Shown: positions 28,265 through 38,325 of the stretch, in pieces | Position numbering within the stretch: position 1 is the stretch's first letter | Layout: each line of letters opens with the position of its first letter | IMG/VR virus record: IMGVR_UViG_3300020156_000023 | Coordinates: 36,411-100,410 of that record | Strand: one strand, 5' to 3' | DNA length: 64,000 bases | Source: a virus | Translations under genes and position numbers: made by a program | Notes under the pieces: generated by a model | Databases searched by the model: none | What the model was told of the DNA's origin: nothing | Seen by the model: only the letters and a program-made list of their open reading frames with translations

Positions 28265-30736
28265 TTATGAGCTGCTTTTCTTTTTAGCTTGTGCAGCTTT
28301 TGTTTTAGCTATACTATTTTTCTCTTTATCTAATTTATTTCTTTCTCTATTTTGTTTTTTATCTTCTTCGAACTTCTCCTCATCTAATTCCTGTTTCCTT
28401 GCCTTAAGGTCTGCTTCCACTCCAAACTTAGCAACTTCAAGTACATCTGGTGTACCATCACTATCCATATCTTTATCTTCATTAAATCCAAGAGACAGAA
28501 CAGTTTGTTTCTGGATATCAAGCTCACCTTTAAGTTGTATCTCAGCCATTTGGTTAGAATGTTCAATAGCAAGTCTTTCTCTTTCCCACTGTCTTGCAGC
28601 TTCAGCCTGAGCTTCTTGTGATTGAAGTTGTTCTCTCTCCATACCTTGCTGTCTTTCTATTCTCTGAGCTTCTGCAGCTTTAAGCATTTCTTCAGCTTCT
28701 GCTGTAGACTCAGCATTCATGATAGTAAGCACATCACTTAATTCTATCATTTGATTCTGCATAGCAGCATGAGATAATTGCTGTACCATCTGTAATGCCT
28801 CTGCACTCTTCATAGAGTTAGATACAAATATACCATATGTAGAATTTTCCAGTAGGTCATAATCTACATCAATAAGCTTCCTGGACATATCATCCAGTAC
28901 ATAAGATAGTTTAGCAGGTTGGAATTCAGCATAAGTTACTTTAGCACACTCTATAAGAGCTTGTAATACATTTCTTTTAATATTATTATGTACCTCAAAA
29001 TAAGGTTCTATAATATTAGCTGATTGTACTAAGGCCTGTTGAGTATTCCTTACAGCTTCATCTTGTCCTATCTGTCCTTCTATCTGTTTAGTAATACCTA
29101 CAGATTCTCCACACCTTCTTTCAATATACTCTGCTAACGTCACATATTTCTGTATGTCTGAGATAAGCGACATATCTATCTCTTTAACAGCTTGAGTCAC
29201 ATCTGGATTACCTCTGTTACCTTCTTCTGAAGGGTCCATGATACCAAACTTATTAGCCTTGATATAGTACATCCATTTCTCTACTGTCATACCTGCAGAC
29301 CTTGGTATCATATTACCATTAAAGAATAATATTTTACCTTCATCAGATGCAATAAGAAGTTCTATCCTGTACATAAGTACATTATATAAATACTGATAGT
29401 ACTTCATCCTATCTACTAATGAGGTTATCTGAGAGTTCATGTTATCATAGGTAGCTCCTATATAAGATAATTTGCAGTTATAAAGATTATCTAAATCTTT
29501 ATGTTGTCCTGGAACTTCTCTTAAGAATGCATATATATCCTTACCAATCAGATAACCTTCATATTTTGTAGGTATCCATTCAGTAGTAAGGCTAATATCC
29601 CCTATCTCAGTATCAAGTACATAGCTTTCATCAACTATATCCTCATATTCTTGTCCTGTAGTAGGGTCTATTCCATATAAAAATACAAGTGGTTTCAATG
29701 ATTTCCATTCACAATGCAGTACTCTTACTCCAACCATGGAAGAGCTACCATCATTCCTGAATGCAAAATCTTCATCATGATAAGCTTCACCATGAGCATA
29801 ATCTTCATAGATTTTATCAATCTCTTTTAATGTAAGCTCAGAACCAAAATGTTTAATTACATCAGAAGGAGTCATGAACATCTCATATGCAGCCCATTCT
29901 CCATCTTCTATGTAATCTAAATCAGGTGATTTATCATAATCAAATCTTAATGGATTTACTACTTTAAGTGTAGGTTCTCCATTTACAGCACCTACCCAGA
30001 ATATCTCTCTACCTGATATAAGTCCATGTTTCCACCCCTTATTAAACTTCATTTTGATATCTTCCTTTTGGATTAGATATTCTAATAGTTGATGAGATAA
30101 TATTTCTGCAGGGTCTTGATGCTCTCTCTCCATATATCTTCTAACTTCTGGAGGAGTCATTGTTTGTAGTTCCTGCTCAATTTGAGCAGCTATTTGTTCT
30201 TGTTCTTCTGGAGTTAACTCTCTCCCTTGAGTTTCCTGAGCATACTTTTGCTCTAACTCAACTCTTATAGGAGCTACAATTGTATTAGTCACAAACTCTT
30301 TTAACCTGTTTGTTTCTTCCTGTTCCCTCCTCGTTGTAGCTTCTTCATTGGTAGCTACTACCTTCCATGAGAATGGCCTTTTCATCTCCATTCCTAATAG
30401 AGCCTTAATCTTACCTGATACAATATCCTTGTTAGTAAAGTCTGCAGGAAGTTCTCCTACCTCCTTACCAAAAGGATAACATACTCTTTCGAAATCTGAT
30501 TTATTTATAACATTGTTAAACAAGTCATAATTAACCTTCATTCTCCTGTAATCTGAAATAGCAGGCTCTCCTGAATTCAATATACCACCATCACTGTTGG
30601 TATACCCAAAGAACAAGGAATTACCAAATGAAACTCTATCAAGTCCTTTCATTTGGTCTTTGTACCACTGCTTGTCATTTGCATCCTTCTGTCTTCTTGT
30701 TAATCTCTGTTCTGGATTAAATAGTGTTTCTGACAT
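28265..30736 (-). CDS. Portal protein
   Basis: 823 aa after the terminase; KI..L.G.E.KRPF, SLVDRMK.YQY.YN, GITKQ.EG; C-terminal D.D.DG.PD.LE. Confidence 0.85.
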   Translation of the reverse strand: MSETLFNPEQRLTRRQKDANDKQWYKDQMKGLDRVSFGNSLFFGYTNSDGGILNSGEPAISDYRRMKVNYDLFNNVINKSDFERVCYPFGKEVGELPADFTNKDIVSGKIKALLGMEMKRPFSWKVVATNEEATTRREQEETNRLKEFVTNTIVAPIRVELEQKYAQETQGRELTPEEQEQIAAQIEQELQTMTPPEVRRYMEREHQDPAEILSHQLLEYLIQKEDIKMKFNKGWKHGLISGREIFWVGAVNGEPTLKVVNPLRFDYDKSPDLDYIEDGEWAAYEMFMTPSDVIKHFGSELTLKEIDKIYEDYAHGEAYHDEDFAFRNDGSSSMVGVRVLHCEWKSLKPLVFLYGIDPTTGQEYEDIVDESYVLDTEIGDISLTTEWIPTKYEGYLIGKDIYAFLREVPGQHKDLDNLYNCKLSYIGATYDNMNSQITSLVDRMKYYQYLYNVLMYRIELLIASDEGKILFFNGNMIPRSAGMTVEKWMYYIKANKFGIMDPSEEGNRGNPDVTQAVKEIDMSLISDIQKYVTLAEYIERRCGESVGITKQIEGQIGQDEAVRNTQQALVQSANIIEPYFEVHNNIKRNVLQALIECAKVTYAEFQPAKLSYVLDDMSRKLIDVDYDLLENSTYGIFVSNSMKSAEALQMVQQLSHAAMQNQMIELSDVLTIMNAESTAEAEEMLKAAEAQRIERQQGMEREQLQSQEAQAEAARQWERERLAIEHSNQMAEIQLKGELDIQKQTVLSLGFNEDKDMDSDGTPDVLEVAKFGVEADLKARKQELDEEKFEEDKKQNRERNKLDKEKNSIAKTKAAQAKKKSSS

Positions 30737-30742
30737 AATTCA

Positions 30743-32980
30743 TTATTTGTTCTTGTTAAAAAATTTATCCATTGCATCTACTATATCTTTGACCTTGCTA
30801 GTACCTTTCTTAGTGTATACTTTACCAAGTTCATCTTCCTGGCATTGGAACATACACATCATAAAAGCCATAACCCTATCGAAGTTACCTTTTCTATTAT
30901 ATTGTATAAGCTCTTCAAGTAAACCTATTGAGTTAATAGTCTCAAGATTTAGTATAGCATTGCCATGCTCATCATAATCCCTTACTGTTAATAACCAATC
31001 TTTAATGTACTTCTCTCCTGCATCCTTAAGTACATCTACCATATGTATACCATATATCCTTGCTACTGTAGAATTCTTAACATTCTTAGAAATCACAGCA
31101 TCTGGTTGTACAGCTAATTGGTCTAATCTTTTTATTCTTCTGAAATAGTTCTTAACATGTGTAACCTCATTTTCATGCATTATTTCAGCATTATAAAGTT
31201 CAGCTAACATAGATGCAATTCTATTAACATCATCAGCTTCTGAGGGCCTACCTACATACTCAGCTACTATTACATTATTCCTATGACTCCCTTCATGAAC
31301 TGACTTATACACATATATAGCAGCTAGTGATACACCTGCTGATAAGTCCTGCCTATAAGGGTCATATCCTATTTTATATAAACCTTTTGGTGCATTATCT
31401 ACAGGATATTCATATATAATAGGAGCTCCTGAGAGGTCATTCACTTTAGGTTTATAATTATAGATAGGTTGAAGTTCATTCTTCAAATCAGGCCTTGCCT
31501 GTACCCTACCATCTTTTCTTTCTAAATAAACTGGAGTACCTTTCTTAGTCTGTAGATTCTCGTGAGTAACCCTATTCAACTGATTCCTCAATTCAACAAC
31601 TGGAAAGTTGTTTGTAGAAACAGTTAAGAAAGCTTCTGCAGGACAGAAAGGATATTCCTGTACGTGCTGTTGTAATGTAGTTGAAGAACTTGATGCAGCT
31701 AGCTTCTGAGCTCTCCTTTCCATTTCAAACTTAGTAGCTCCTTCTATATCTGAGTTACCCTGGTCATCATAATAACCTTCCATATTCCATGTTACTGGAT
31801 GGAAGAATCCACAAACTGTATTCTCAGCACCTTCATCCCATATATTCATGAATGGCATTAACCTGTAAGCCTCAGGACTATAAAACATATCTGCATAATC
31901 TACTGTACCTGATTCCATATCACCACCTGTACCAAATATAATAATCTGTCCTGTTATATATGAACCCCCTGTTAATGCTGGATATATAGCATTATAAGCA
32001 TCTTTTAAATTAGGGAAAGCACCTGCTTCTTCAAGCAAAACTATCTTACCATCTTTTCCCCTAGCAGCATCAGGATTATCTTTAAATGAAAGGGCAAGAA
32101 TCTCAGATTTATAACCTCTCTCAATTGTAATCCCATTCTGAGTAGACTTATAAGAAGCTCTTCTATGCTCCTGTTTGTCTACATACTCTCTGGATTTAGC
32201 CCATCCTGTATGCTCATTAAGGAAGTTTAAATAGTCAGATGCCATACCCATTGTACCTTTAGGATACAAGAATTTCTTCTCAAAGGCACCAATAATAATT
32301 TGTGCATTTCTTTCTGTGTTATATATATTAGCACAGATAGCACCATCTTTATAGGAGTATCCCTTCCTTCTTGACTTTCCCACTATCATGTGGTAACCAC
32401 CATTCACATAGTCAAGATGTGGTTTAATTCTCAGACCTAATCTTTCAAGTACCTTAAGAGATATTTCATCTCTCGCAGCTTTCATTTCTAAATACCTTGG
32501 GTCTGACTTTAAATTCTGAGCTCCTACTTCATCTTTTAGGAGTCTTATCTGTTTCTGATATTTTCTATATTCTTCTTTCTCTTCAGGTAATGAAGGTACT
32601 TGGCTATTCTTAGTGAATAACCCATTCCTTGCTATTTCAAGGGCCCAGAAATAATCATAATCTCCATCCCAGAAATCAGGACATCTTGTTTCCTTGTTAG
32701 CAACTACAGATTCCTCATCTTCCTCATCTTCTACTACAATCTGTATCTGAGTAAAGTTAAGGTACATATAATGGTGACCAGTAATTTTATGTATATTACC
32801 TTCATCATCAATTACACTGTACCCTTCTTTACACCTTCTTAACTGTTCTTCCCAGTACATTATCCAGTCAGGAGTTCCAGTAGGAGCACTACAATAGCTA
32901 CCTGTTCTCTGGAACCTCATTCCTTCTTCCCTGAATACTGTACTGTTAATCCATTTACCTTCTTTAGTTCTTATCTTCAT
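30743..32980 (-). CDS. terL: Terminase large subunit
   Basis: ITGHHY.YLNF, KSRRKGYSY (Walker A), LLEEAG (Walker B), GTGG, GYDPY, GNFDRV. Confidence 0.92.
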   Translation of the reverse strand: MKIRTKEGKWINSTVFREEGMRFQRTGSYCSAPTGTPDWIMYWEEQLRRCKEGYSVIDDEGNIHKITGHHYMYLNFTQIQIVVEDEEDEESVVANKETRCPDFWDGDYDYFWALEIARNGLFTKNSQVPSLPEEKEEYRKYQKQIRLLKDEVGAQNLKSDPRYLEMKAARDEISLKVLERLGLRIKPHLDYVNGGYHMIVGKSRRKGYSYKDGAICANIYNTERNAQIIIGAFEKKFLYPKGTMGMASDYLNFLNEHTGWAKSREYVDKQEHRRASYKSTQNGITIERGYKSEILALSFKDNPDAARGKDGKIVLLEEAGAFPNLKDAYNAIYPALTGGSYITGQIIIFGTGGDMESGTVDYADMFYSPEAYRLMPFMNIWDEGAENTVCGFFHPVTWNMEGYYDDQGNSDIEGATKFEMERRAQKLAASSSSTTLQQHVQEYPFCPAEAFLTVSTNNFPVVELRNQLNRVTHENLQTKKGTPVYLERKDGRVQARPDLKNELQPIYNYKPKVNDLSGAPIIYEYPVDNAPKGLYKIGYDPYRQDLSAGVSLAAIYVYKSVHEGSHRNNVIVAEYVGRPSEADDVNRIASMLAELYNAEIMHENEVTHVKNYFRRIKRLDQLAVQPDAVISKNVKNSTVARIYGIHMVDVLKDAGEKYIKDWLLTVRDYDEHGNAILNLETINSIGLLEELIQYNRKGNFDRVMAFMMCMFQCQEDELGKVYTKKGTSKVKDIVDAMDKFFNKNK

Positions 32981-33242
32981 CTTTAAGTATCCAATACATA
33001 CTACTATTTAAATCCCTAAAATAAAGATATTTTTTATCTTCAAACTCTACTTCTTCTGCAAAATTAGGCCTAAACTTTATTCTCTGTAAAGAGTACTGTT
33101 TTAATTCAGGGGCTGTAAATATTATAGTACCTGTGTTAGGTTTTTGTGGTTTAATATCTTCACTTGTAATTATTAAACTCTTCTTTTCTGTTGGTGCTTC
33201 ATCTTGTAACACCATTACTGCATTAGGTGGTAATACTATCAT
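32964..33242 (-). CDS. GroES-like co-chaperonin (divergent)
   Basis: 92 aa; P..V.V..., mobile-loop-like KKSLIIT, KPNTGTI, EVEFEDKKYL. Confidence 0.5.
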   Translation of the reverse strand: MIVLPPNAVMVLQDEAPTEKKSLIITSEDIKPQKPNTGTIIFTAPELKQYSLQRIKFRPNFAEEVEFEDKKYLYFRDLNSSMYWILKDEDKN

Positions 33243-33793
33243 TACTTCTCAAAATAATTTATATTTTTATTTCCTCTTGTTTTCTCAGATTCAAATAACT
33301 CTTGCTCTACTCTTTTCTTCATAGAGTTCATATTCTGTAATATCTTATCAGTATCACTCATAGCTCTTGTAATCTCTCCAGGCTTATATATAGGAAGTCC
33401 TGTCTTTTCATTTCTTTCAGTCATATCAAATGTCCTGAAGAATTGTTTCATCTTCTGAGCTCCTTCCATTACTGCAGTATAATAACTGTATGTAGCTGAA
33501 GCTTCAGTTTGGAACTGTACCATTTTAGCTAACCCTTGTTCTACAAGATTGTCAGGTTCACTGTCTGGATAATATATTCCTTTAAGCGTATCATACCTTA
33601 CATTATCATCATACCCTGCATAAGGATTTGTATCTTTCTTAGAAGTCATAAACTCTATAAAACTGAAATCTCTTATTGCCTCAGTTTTATACTCTGAGGT
33701 ATCTCTTTCCCATATCTCCTTAAAGGGAGATATTAGTAAGGCCTCAGTGGTAGGTTTAGCTACTCCATTTTCAACTATAAATAGAAATGCCAT
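33242..33793 (-). CDS. Conserved protein upstream of the terminase (small terminase candidate)
   Basis: 183 aa; PFKEIWERD...K..A; C-terminal KTRG; synteny. Confidence 0.45.
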   Translation of the reverse strand: MAFLFIVENGVAKPTTEALLISPFKEIWERDTSEYKTEAIRDFSFIEFMTSKKDTNPYAGYDDNVRYDTLKGIYYPDSEPDNLVEQGLAKMVQFQTEASATYSYYTAVMEGAQKMKQFFRTFDMTERNEKTGLPIYKPGEITRAMSDTDKILQNMNSMKKRVEQELFESEKTRGNKNINYFEK

Positions 33794-33795
33794 TT

Positions 33796-34137
33796 TTATA
33801 TTAATTTGAAATGTACGTTATAATAATCATTTGAATGACTTATTTTAGAAGATTTATAAGGTCCATGTAATCCTGATGTATAACCTATGATAAGAGTTTT
33901 TACTTCTGACAAGTCAAAATCTTTTAGCATTTCGTACCAACCTAATAACTCTGTAGCGTTTAACCAACATTCATTATTAATAATAGAAACATTTTCTTCA
34001 TGAGTTCCAAATACTTTAAATTCTCCCTTAGTTTCTCCCAATTCAGCTTTATCCTTTCCTTTAACCACTTCTTTTAAAAAGTGTAAAAATTTATCAGGAT
34101 GATATAAGATATGATTATCTTCTTTTGGTTCTATCAT
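33796..34137 (-). CDS. Hypothetical protein
   Basis: 113 aa coupled ORF. Confidence 0.55.
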   Translation of the reverse strand: MIEPKEDNHILYHPDKFLHFLKEVVKGKDKAELGETKGEFKVFGTHEENVSIINNECWLNATELLGWYEMLKDFDLSEVKTLIIGYTSGLHGPYKSSKISHSNDYYNVHFKLI

Positions 34138-34709
34138 TATTGTACTTGTTTAAATATTTGTTTATATTCTCTTAATTTCCTTTTCCTATCAGCTAAACCA
34201 TTGGTACCACCATTTATACCTACTGTTATCCTATAAATATCATCCTGGTCTGCCCATGTATTCATAGGTAAAGTACTCCAGTACCATAAAGCTGATAACA
34301 TAGCATCAGGCTCATTAAAAAGTAAATCAGGATTATTTAAATAGTCTATTCCTGTAGCTTTAGACAATCTCCTGTAATTATTCTTACCTGTTATCTGTAT
34401 AAATCCTCTTCCTCTGTATTTCCAACCATCTCCTGAAGCCTCATCTCCATTGCCCATTCTATTAGCATACACTCTATTAGCTATCTTTTCAGGTTTCCTT
34501 GCATAAAGAGCTGCCTGTTCAGGTGTAAAATACTTTTTAAAAGTTTCTAACAACCCTTGAGCTGAATATCTCAAATTCTCTGAGATAGGTTTAAGTCCTG
34601 ATTCATGAGCTATCTGTGCAAAGAAATGAGCTAACCTCAGAGGAGTGTTAACCTCATATCTTTCTAACAGAGTTCTATACTTCTTACTAAGTTCTAATGC
34701 TGTTGCCAT
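34137..34709 (-). CDS. Endolysin, glycoside hydrolase family 19
   Basis: LAHFFAQIAHESG, YRGRGFIQITGKNNY, INGGTNGLADR. Confidence 0.92.
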   Translation of the reverse strand: MATALELSKKYRTLLERYEVNTPLRLAHFFAQIAHESGLKPISENLRYSAQGLLETFKKYFTPEQAALYARKPEKIANRVYANRMGNGDEASGDGWKYRGRGFIQITGKNNYRRLSKATGIDYLNNPDLLFNEPDAMLSALWYWSTLPMNTWADQDDIYRITVGINGGTNGLADRKRKLREYKQIFKQVQ

Positions 34710-34711
34710 AA

Positions 34712-35008
34712 TTAATAAATTTTAACTGTAAAACTTAAAACCTCTTTACTACCATCCTTATAAGTCACTGTTATAATTTTCTTTACAGTCTGATGTGTAA
34801 GTACTCTTCTTAAATGTGCAGGTATAGACTCAGCCTTATAAACTGCAGTTAACACACCATCTTCATATCCTTTTATAATTGTACAAGCTGTACAACCTGG
34901 TGATATCTTAACAATATCTAAAGGCCTGGTAGATTTAAAAGTTACAGTAAGCTTTCCTCCTTGCTTTACTGCACCTGCATCAATACTTTCCTGCTCCCAA
35001 TTCTTCAT
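34712..35008 (-). CDS. Small Ig-like (DUF1573-like) protein
   Basis: PGCTACT motif, beta-strand pattern. Confidence 0.5.
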   Translation of the reverse strand: MKNWEQESIDAGAVKQGGKLTVTFKSTRPLDIVKISPGCTACTIIKGYEDGVLTAVYKAESIPAHLRRVLTHQTVKKIITVTYKDGSKEVLSFTVKIY

Positions 35009-35372
35009 TTACTTTTTCCTTTGCGTTATAAAAGTGCATCCTATCAGTGTTCACTCTCCATGGTATATTATTCTCAATATGTAGAACTCCCTTTTTTAAT
35101 CTATTCCATCTTTTCTTAGAGACTAATGAGGGATAGCAAGGTTTATCACAAGCTTTATTAGCCATCTGTAATGCAGTTGTCTGACAACCACACATCTTAC
35201 AATACCCTTGTGCATAACATTGAACATCCATAGAATTTATTCTATATTGTATCTGTTCTCTTATATGTACGGGTATAAGAAATGCAAAGTTACTATAAAA
35301 TAACTTATATCTTATGTTCCCTTGTAGATAACTTATAATGTTTGTTAGATTAACCTTTGCTTTCATATCCAT
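34980..35372 (-). CDS. Cys-rich putative Zn-binding protein
   Basis: C...G.CKMCGC...C...CYP. Confidence 0.6.
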   Translation of the reverse strand: MDMKAKVNLTNIISYLQGNIRYKLFYSNFAFLIPVHIREQIQYRINSMDVQCYAQGYCKMCGCQTTALQMANKACDKPCYPSLVSKKRWNRLKKGVLHIENNIPWRVNTDRMHFYNAKEKVNEELGAGKY

Positions 35373-35649
35373 TAAATACTTTTAATCTCTCATTATATCT
35401 CTTCTCAGAAATAGTCTTCTTCTTATAATTCTCTTCTAACTTATTCCTAAAATACTTAACCCTGGATTCTACTACTTCAAACACTCCAAAATATTGCAAT
35501 CTTATATCTCTGAGTATCCCTCTATTTAATACTTCCTTAATAAACTTGAAAGGAGAATTACATATTAGTTTAAACTCCTCGAAGGGAATGTCATGATATT
35601 GAGGATTCTCAGAATAGTATTGCTCTATATAGCTTGTTGTTGAATCCAT
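35350..35649 (-). CDS. HU/IHF-like DNA-binding protein
   Basis: SPFKFI...IRLQYFGVF. Confidence 0.55.
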   Translation of the reverse strand: MDSTTSYIEQYYSENPQYHDIPFEEFKLICNSPFKFIKEVLNRGILRDIRLQYFGVFEVVESRVKYFRNKLEENYKKKTISEKRYNERLKVFNGYESKG

Positions 35650-35654
35650 TGTTA

Positions 35655-36047
35655 TTAAGTAATTAGTCCATTGTTAGATTTATTCTCTTTAATCTTAGCT
35701 GCAGCAAAATCCATAAGATTAATATCTGTTGGAGTGCCCAATCTTTCTTCTATTTTTTTCTCAGCTTCTTTCCTGTAGATTTCTTTTCTCTTCTCTTCTA
35801 TCTGTTCTACTTCAGTAATAAAATGTTTTAAAAGTCCTTCTAAATGTAGTATTGTACATTCAAACAATACAGCTTCCCAATTAAGGTCAACAGCTATATT
35901 CCCCTCAGGGTCTTCGAACTTATAAAACATATTCTTTCTTTGTTCAGGGCTAGCTTTCTCATAAAGCTTCTCTGCTCCTAACTCTCTCATATACTCAAGC
36001 ATAAACAGCCTGGTAAGTAAATCTGATGGGTGTTGTAACTTAAACAT
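35655..36047 (-). CDS. Hypothetical protein
   Basis: 130 aa ORF in operon. Confidence 0.6.
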   Translation of the reverse strand: MFKLQHPSDLLTRLFMLEYMRELGAEKLYEKASPEQRKNMFYKFEDPEGNIAVDLNWEAVLFECTILHLEGLLKHFITEVEQIEEKRKEIYRKEAEKKIEERLGTPTDINLMDFAAAKIKENKSNNGLIT

Positions 36048-36567
36048 CTTCTTCTTGACTTAATTGGTCTAACATTAATAAATAATCTTCTTCTCTCATT
36101 ACTGCAATTTCAGTATGATTCTCCTGCATCCCTGTAGGAGTATTTGTATCTAATTCTTCTAAAACTGTTTCTAAACTATCTATATAAAAAGGTCTATATG
36201 ATGTAGGGTCTACATAGGTTATAGGGTCTATACCAAACACATATCTTCCTGCATTAGTAGGTTCTTGTGTTGTACACTTAAATAATCCATTTGGTATTAC
36301 CTTATACTTAAGTTTCTCAGAGTCTGGTAATATTGTATTACTTCTATAAATTATATTTCCTTCTTCATCTGTTTCAATCCATGTCTCTGTCACTCCCTCA
36401 TCTTCATCAAAGAATAGAACTGTTGAAGTATCAACTGGTAATGCTCTATCAAGACTATCTAATCTTACTCTTTCTTCATCTGTAAAGTCCCCAGGGTGTA
36501 CTCTGGAAGTTCTAATTAATGCATCCCTGAATTGAAATTGTACTAAATCCTGCATATTATTCTCCAT
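36040..36567 (-). CDS. Hypothetical protein
   Basis: 175 aa acidic ORF in operon. Confidence 0.6.
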   Translation of the reverse strand: MENNMQDLVQFQFRDALIRTSRVHPGDFTDEERVRLDSLDRALPVDTSTVLFFDEDEGVTETWIETDEEGNIIYRSNTILPDSEKLKYKVIPNGLFKCTTQEPTNAGRYVFGIDPITYVDPTSYRPFYIDSLETVLEELDTNTPTGMQENHTEIAVMREEDYLLMLDQLSQEEDV

Positions 36568-36910
36568 CTATCTCTAGTTTAAATTGATAACCTTGTGAAT
36601 CTCCTTTAGGAATCAATATAGGAATTATTTTTAATTCCCTGTCTGTTTCTGTAATGAAACCTTTCTCTTTTAACTGGTCCAGATAATTACCCAAACCCCC
36701 CGCAGATATTCCTAACTTCTGTCTTACAATCTTTCTACCTGAAGTACCAAAGGGGTCTTGAGCTATATCTCCCTGGAGAGACATAAAAGCAGCTAATACT
36801 TCTGCTTCCTTAGGTGTCATTTGTTTAGGTAGAATGTGGTTGATAATTAAGAGGTGCTTCTTATAGTACTCCTCTCTTGTTAATCTCAATGCTTTTCTGA
36901 TTATTTCCAT
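36557..36910 (-). CDS. Winged-helix DNA-binding protein
   Basis: MTPKEAEVLA...VRQKLGISAGGLGNYLDQLKEKGFI. Confidence 0.65.
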   Translation of the reverse strand: MEIIRKALRLTREEYYKKHLLIINHILPKQMTPKEAEVLAAFMSLQGDIAQDPFGTSGRKIVRQKLGISAGGLGNYLDQLKEKGFITETDRELKIIPILIPKGDSQGYQFKLEIDGE

Positions 36911-36911
36911 T

Positions 36912-37226
36912 TCATTCTATAAAATTTTGAATTGTTTGTGTGAATATTTCCATACTAGTTTGGAACTCTTTGTGTGTCATAAAAAATTTAAAGTCCCTCA
37001 TAGTTCCCCAATCTGTATATCTTGTGTTAATCATACAATGTATAATTTCCATTACCTCGTGTGCTATTACTCCAAATACACTACTAGGGTCTTTCTCCAG
37101 ATGTTCTGTTCCTATAATTATTTCTCTATTTTCATATGAGAAACTTCCTCCTGCTTCCTTCTTATCATACTTAACTGTAAATAGGTGGTGACCTATTTGT
37201 ACCTTCTTTGGGAATTTTAATTTCAT
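36912..37226 (-). CDS. Small zincin-like protein (degenerate HE motif)
   Basis: P..V.IG...F.V and AHEVMEIIH; the HExxH spacing is not canonical. Confidence 0.45.
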   Translation of the reverse strand: MKLKFPKKVQIGHHLFTVKYDKKEAGGSFSYENREIIIGTEHLEKDPSSVFGVIAHEVMEIIHCMINTRYTDWGTMRDFKFFMTHKEFQTSMEIFTQTIQNFIE

Positions 37227-37247
37227 ATACTATTATTTTGATTTATG

Positions 37248-37255
37248 CAAAGCTA
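37248..37255 (-). promoter_or_regulatory. Bacteroidetes-type -7 element (TAGCTTTG) heading the minus-strand module
   Basis: TAnnTTTG upstream of 37226. Confidence 0.55.
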
Positions 37256-37345
37256 TGAACTAATTTTTAATTACGCAATATTAATCTGAAAAATTTTAAA
37301 TAAAAATATTAATTACAACTAATAGCAAAAAAAGTTATTCTAAAA

Positions 37346-37377
37346 CTTGATTATGTCATTTTAAATCGGTACCTTTG
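37346..37377 (+). promoter_or_regulatory. Bacteroidetes-type promoter (-33 CTTG, 20 nt, -7 TACCTTTG)
   Basis: Both elements present with canonical spacing. Confidence 0.65.
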
Positions 37378-37380
37378 TCC

Positions 37381-37521
37381 CAGGTTCAAAGAACTTGAAA
37401 CCTGTAAGGTTTTCGAGGATGGTGTGTTTATAAGAGAGGAAGGAACCTTTTGTGCCTCTCGCTGGAATGAGCTTAGTTATAAGAATAGTTATCAGGGATG
37501 TAGAAATACATCCCTTTTTTT
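37381..37521 (+). ncRNA. Candidate small RNA between promoter and terminator
   Basis: Several hairpins; ends in AGGGATGTA-gaaa-TACATCCCT plus T-tract. Confidence 0.45.
37494..37521 (+). terminator. Intrinsic terminator
   Basis: 9-bp stem, GAAA loop, T-tract. Confidence 0.8.
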
Positions 37522-37723
37522 ATTCCTATACTTCTGCTATTTCTCAGAAACCCTAATAGTATTACAGTATCCACCCACTTATTCACCCACCCAAAATTTT
37601 TTATAAAATAAAATTTTTTAGAGAGTTTACTTATATGTGAACCTCCCTAGAACAAGGTACCCCTACTTATTTTTGAGAGGAACTCCCCCGTCACTTCTAA
37701 TACTAACTTAAATTTTCTCGCGC

Positions 37724-37891
37724 ATGAAAACATTCTTAGCTATCATAGGTACACTATGTGTCATAGCTCTATCTTTAATCTCTTGGTACACTCAGAGTGT
37801 ACTATGTTACATCATGCTATGCATACTATCTATGGTACTGTTAGCATGGTGGTTTAAGGTACACATCTTAGATGTACTTAATGAAGACTAA
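37724..37891 (+). CDS. Small membrane protein (55 aa)
   Basis: MKTFLAIIGTLCVIALSLISW...; two hydrophobic segments; below the ORF-track size cutoff. Confidence 0.55.
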   Translation: MKTFLAIIGTLCVIALSLISWYTQSVLCYIMLCILSMVLLAWWFKVHILDVLNED

Positions 37892-37930
37892 ATACCCACA
37901 CTTATTATTGAACCAATTAAATCTTATCTT

Positions 37931-38029
37931 ATGGCCCGTACAATCTACACTAATGAAGACCTTGAAACTACAGTCCGTGAGGATGTAGTACTATTTGATA
38001 ATGGACATGTTATACATGTTATACAATAA
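37931..38029 (+). CDS. Small hypothetical peptide (32 aa)
   Basis: MARTIYTNEDLE...; follows the 19-bp motif. Confidence 0.4.
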   Translation: MARTIYTNEDLETTVREDVVLFDNGHVIHVIQ

Positions 38030-38046
38030 CTCTAAACAATACTACT

Positions 38047-38325
38047 ATGGCAATTAATCTTACTATCACTGATGATAAACTACAAGATGCATTTAACTCA
38101 CATCTTGACAAACTACTTGAAACAGATAATTATAACAATCCTGTTAAGAAGTGTATGGAGGAGTTATTGGGTTATTCAGGTTCTATGCGTGGAGAATTGG
38201 GTACTAAGATAAAAGAGTTCTTAGCTATCCAAATGGATACACCTGAATTCCAAGCACAATTAGGTACAGCTATAGCTAATGAAATGGCTAAAAGAGCTGT
38301 TGATGCTTTGAATAAAAGCAAATAA
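38047..38325 (+). CDS. Hypothetical protein
   Basis: 92 aa ORF. Confidence 0.65.
   Translation: MAINLTITDDKLQDAFNSHLDKLLETDNYNNPVKKCMEELLGYSGSMRGELGTKIKEFLAIQMDTPEFQAQLGTAIANEMAKRAVDALNKSK

Noticed and set aside
30743-32980. Intein or intron in the terminase (and in polA)
   Set aside because: The frames are continuous and of normal size, with no intein terminal motifs; the helical insert before Walker A is short
2676-37191. Plus-strand ORFs in the structural module (e.g. 27051-27590, 9019-9396, 19648-20016)
   Set aside because: Antisense shadows of real minus-strand genes, with Ser/Leu/Phe-rich composition
37424-37606. 60-aa ORF at the strand switch
   Set aside because: GTG start, runs through a strong terminator, no coding features
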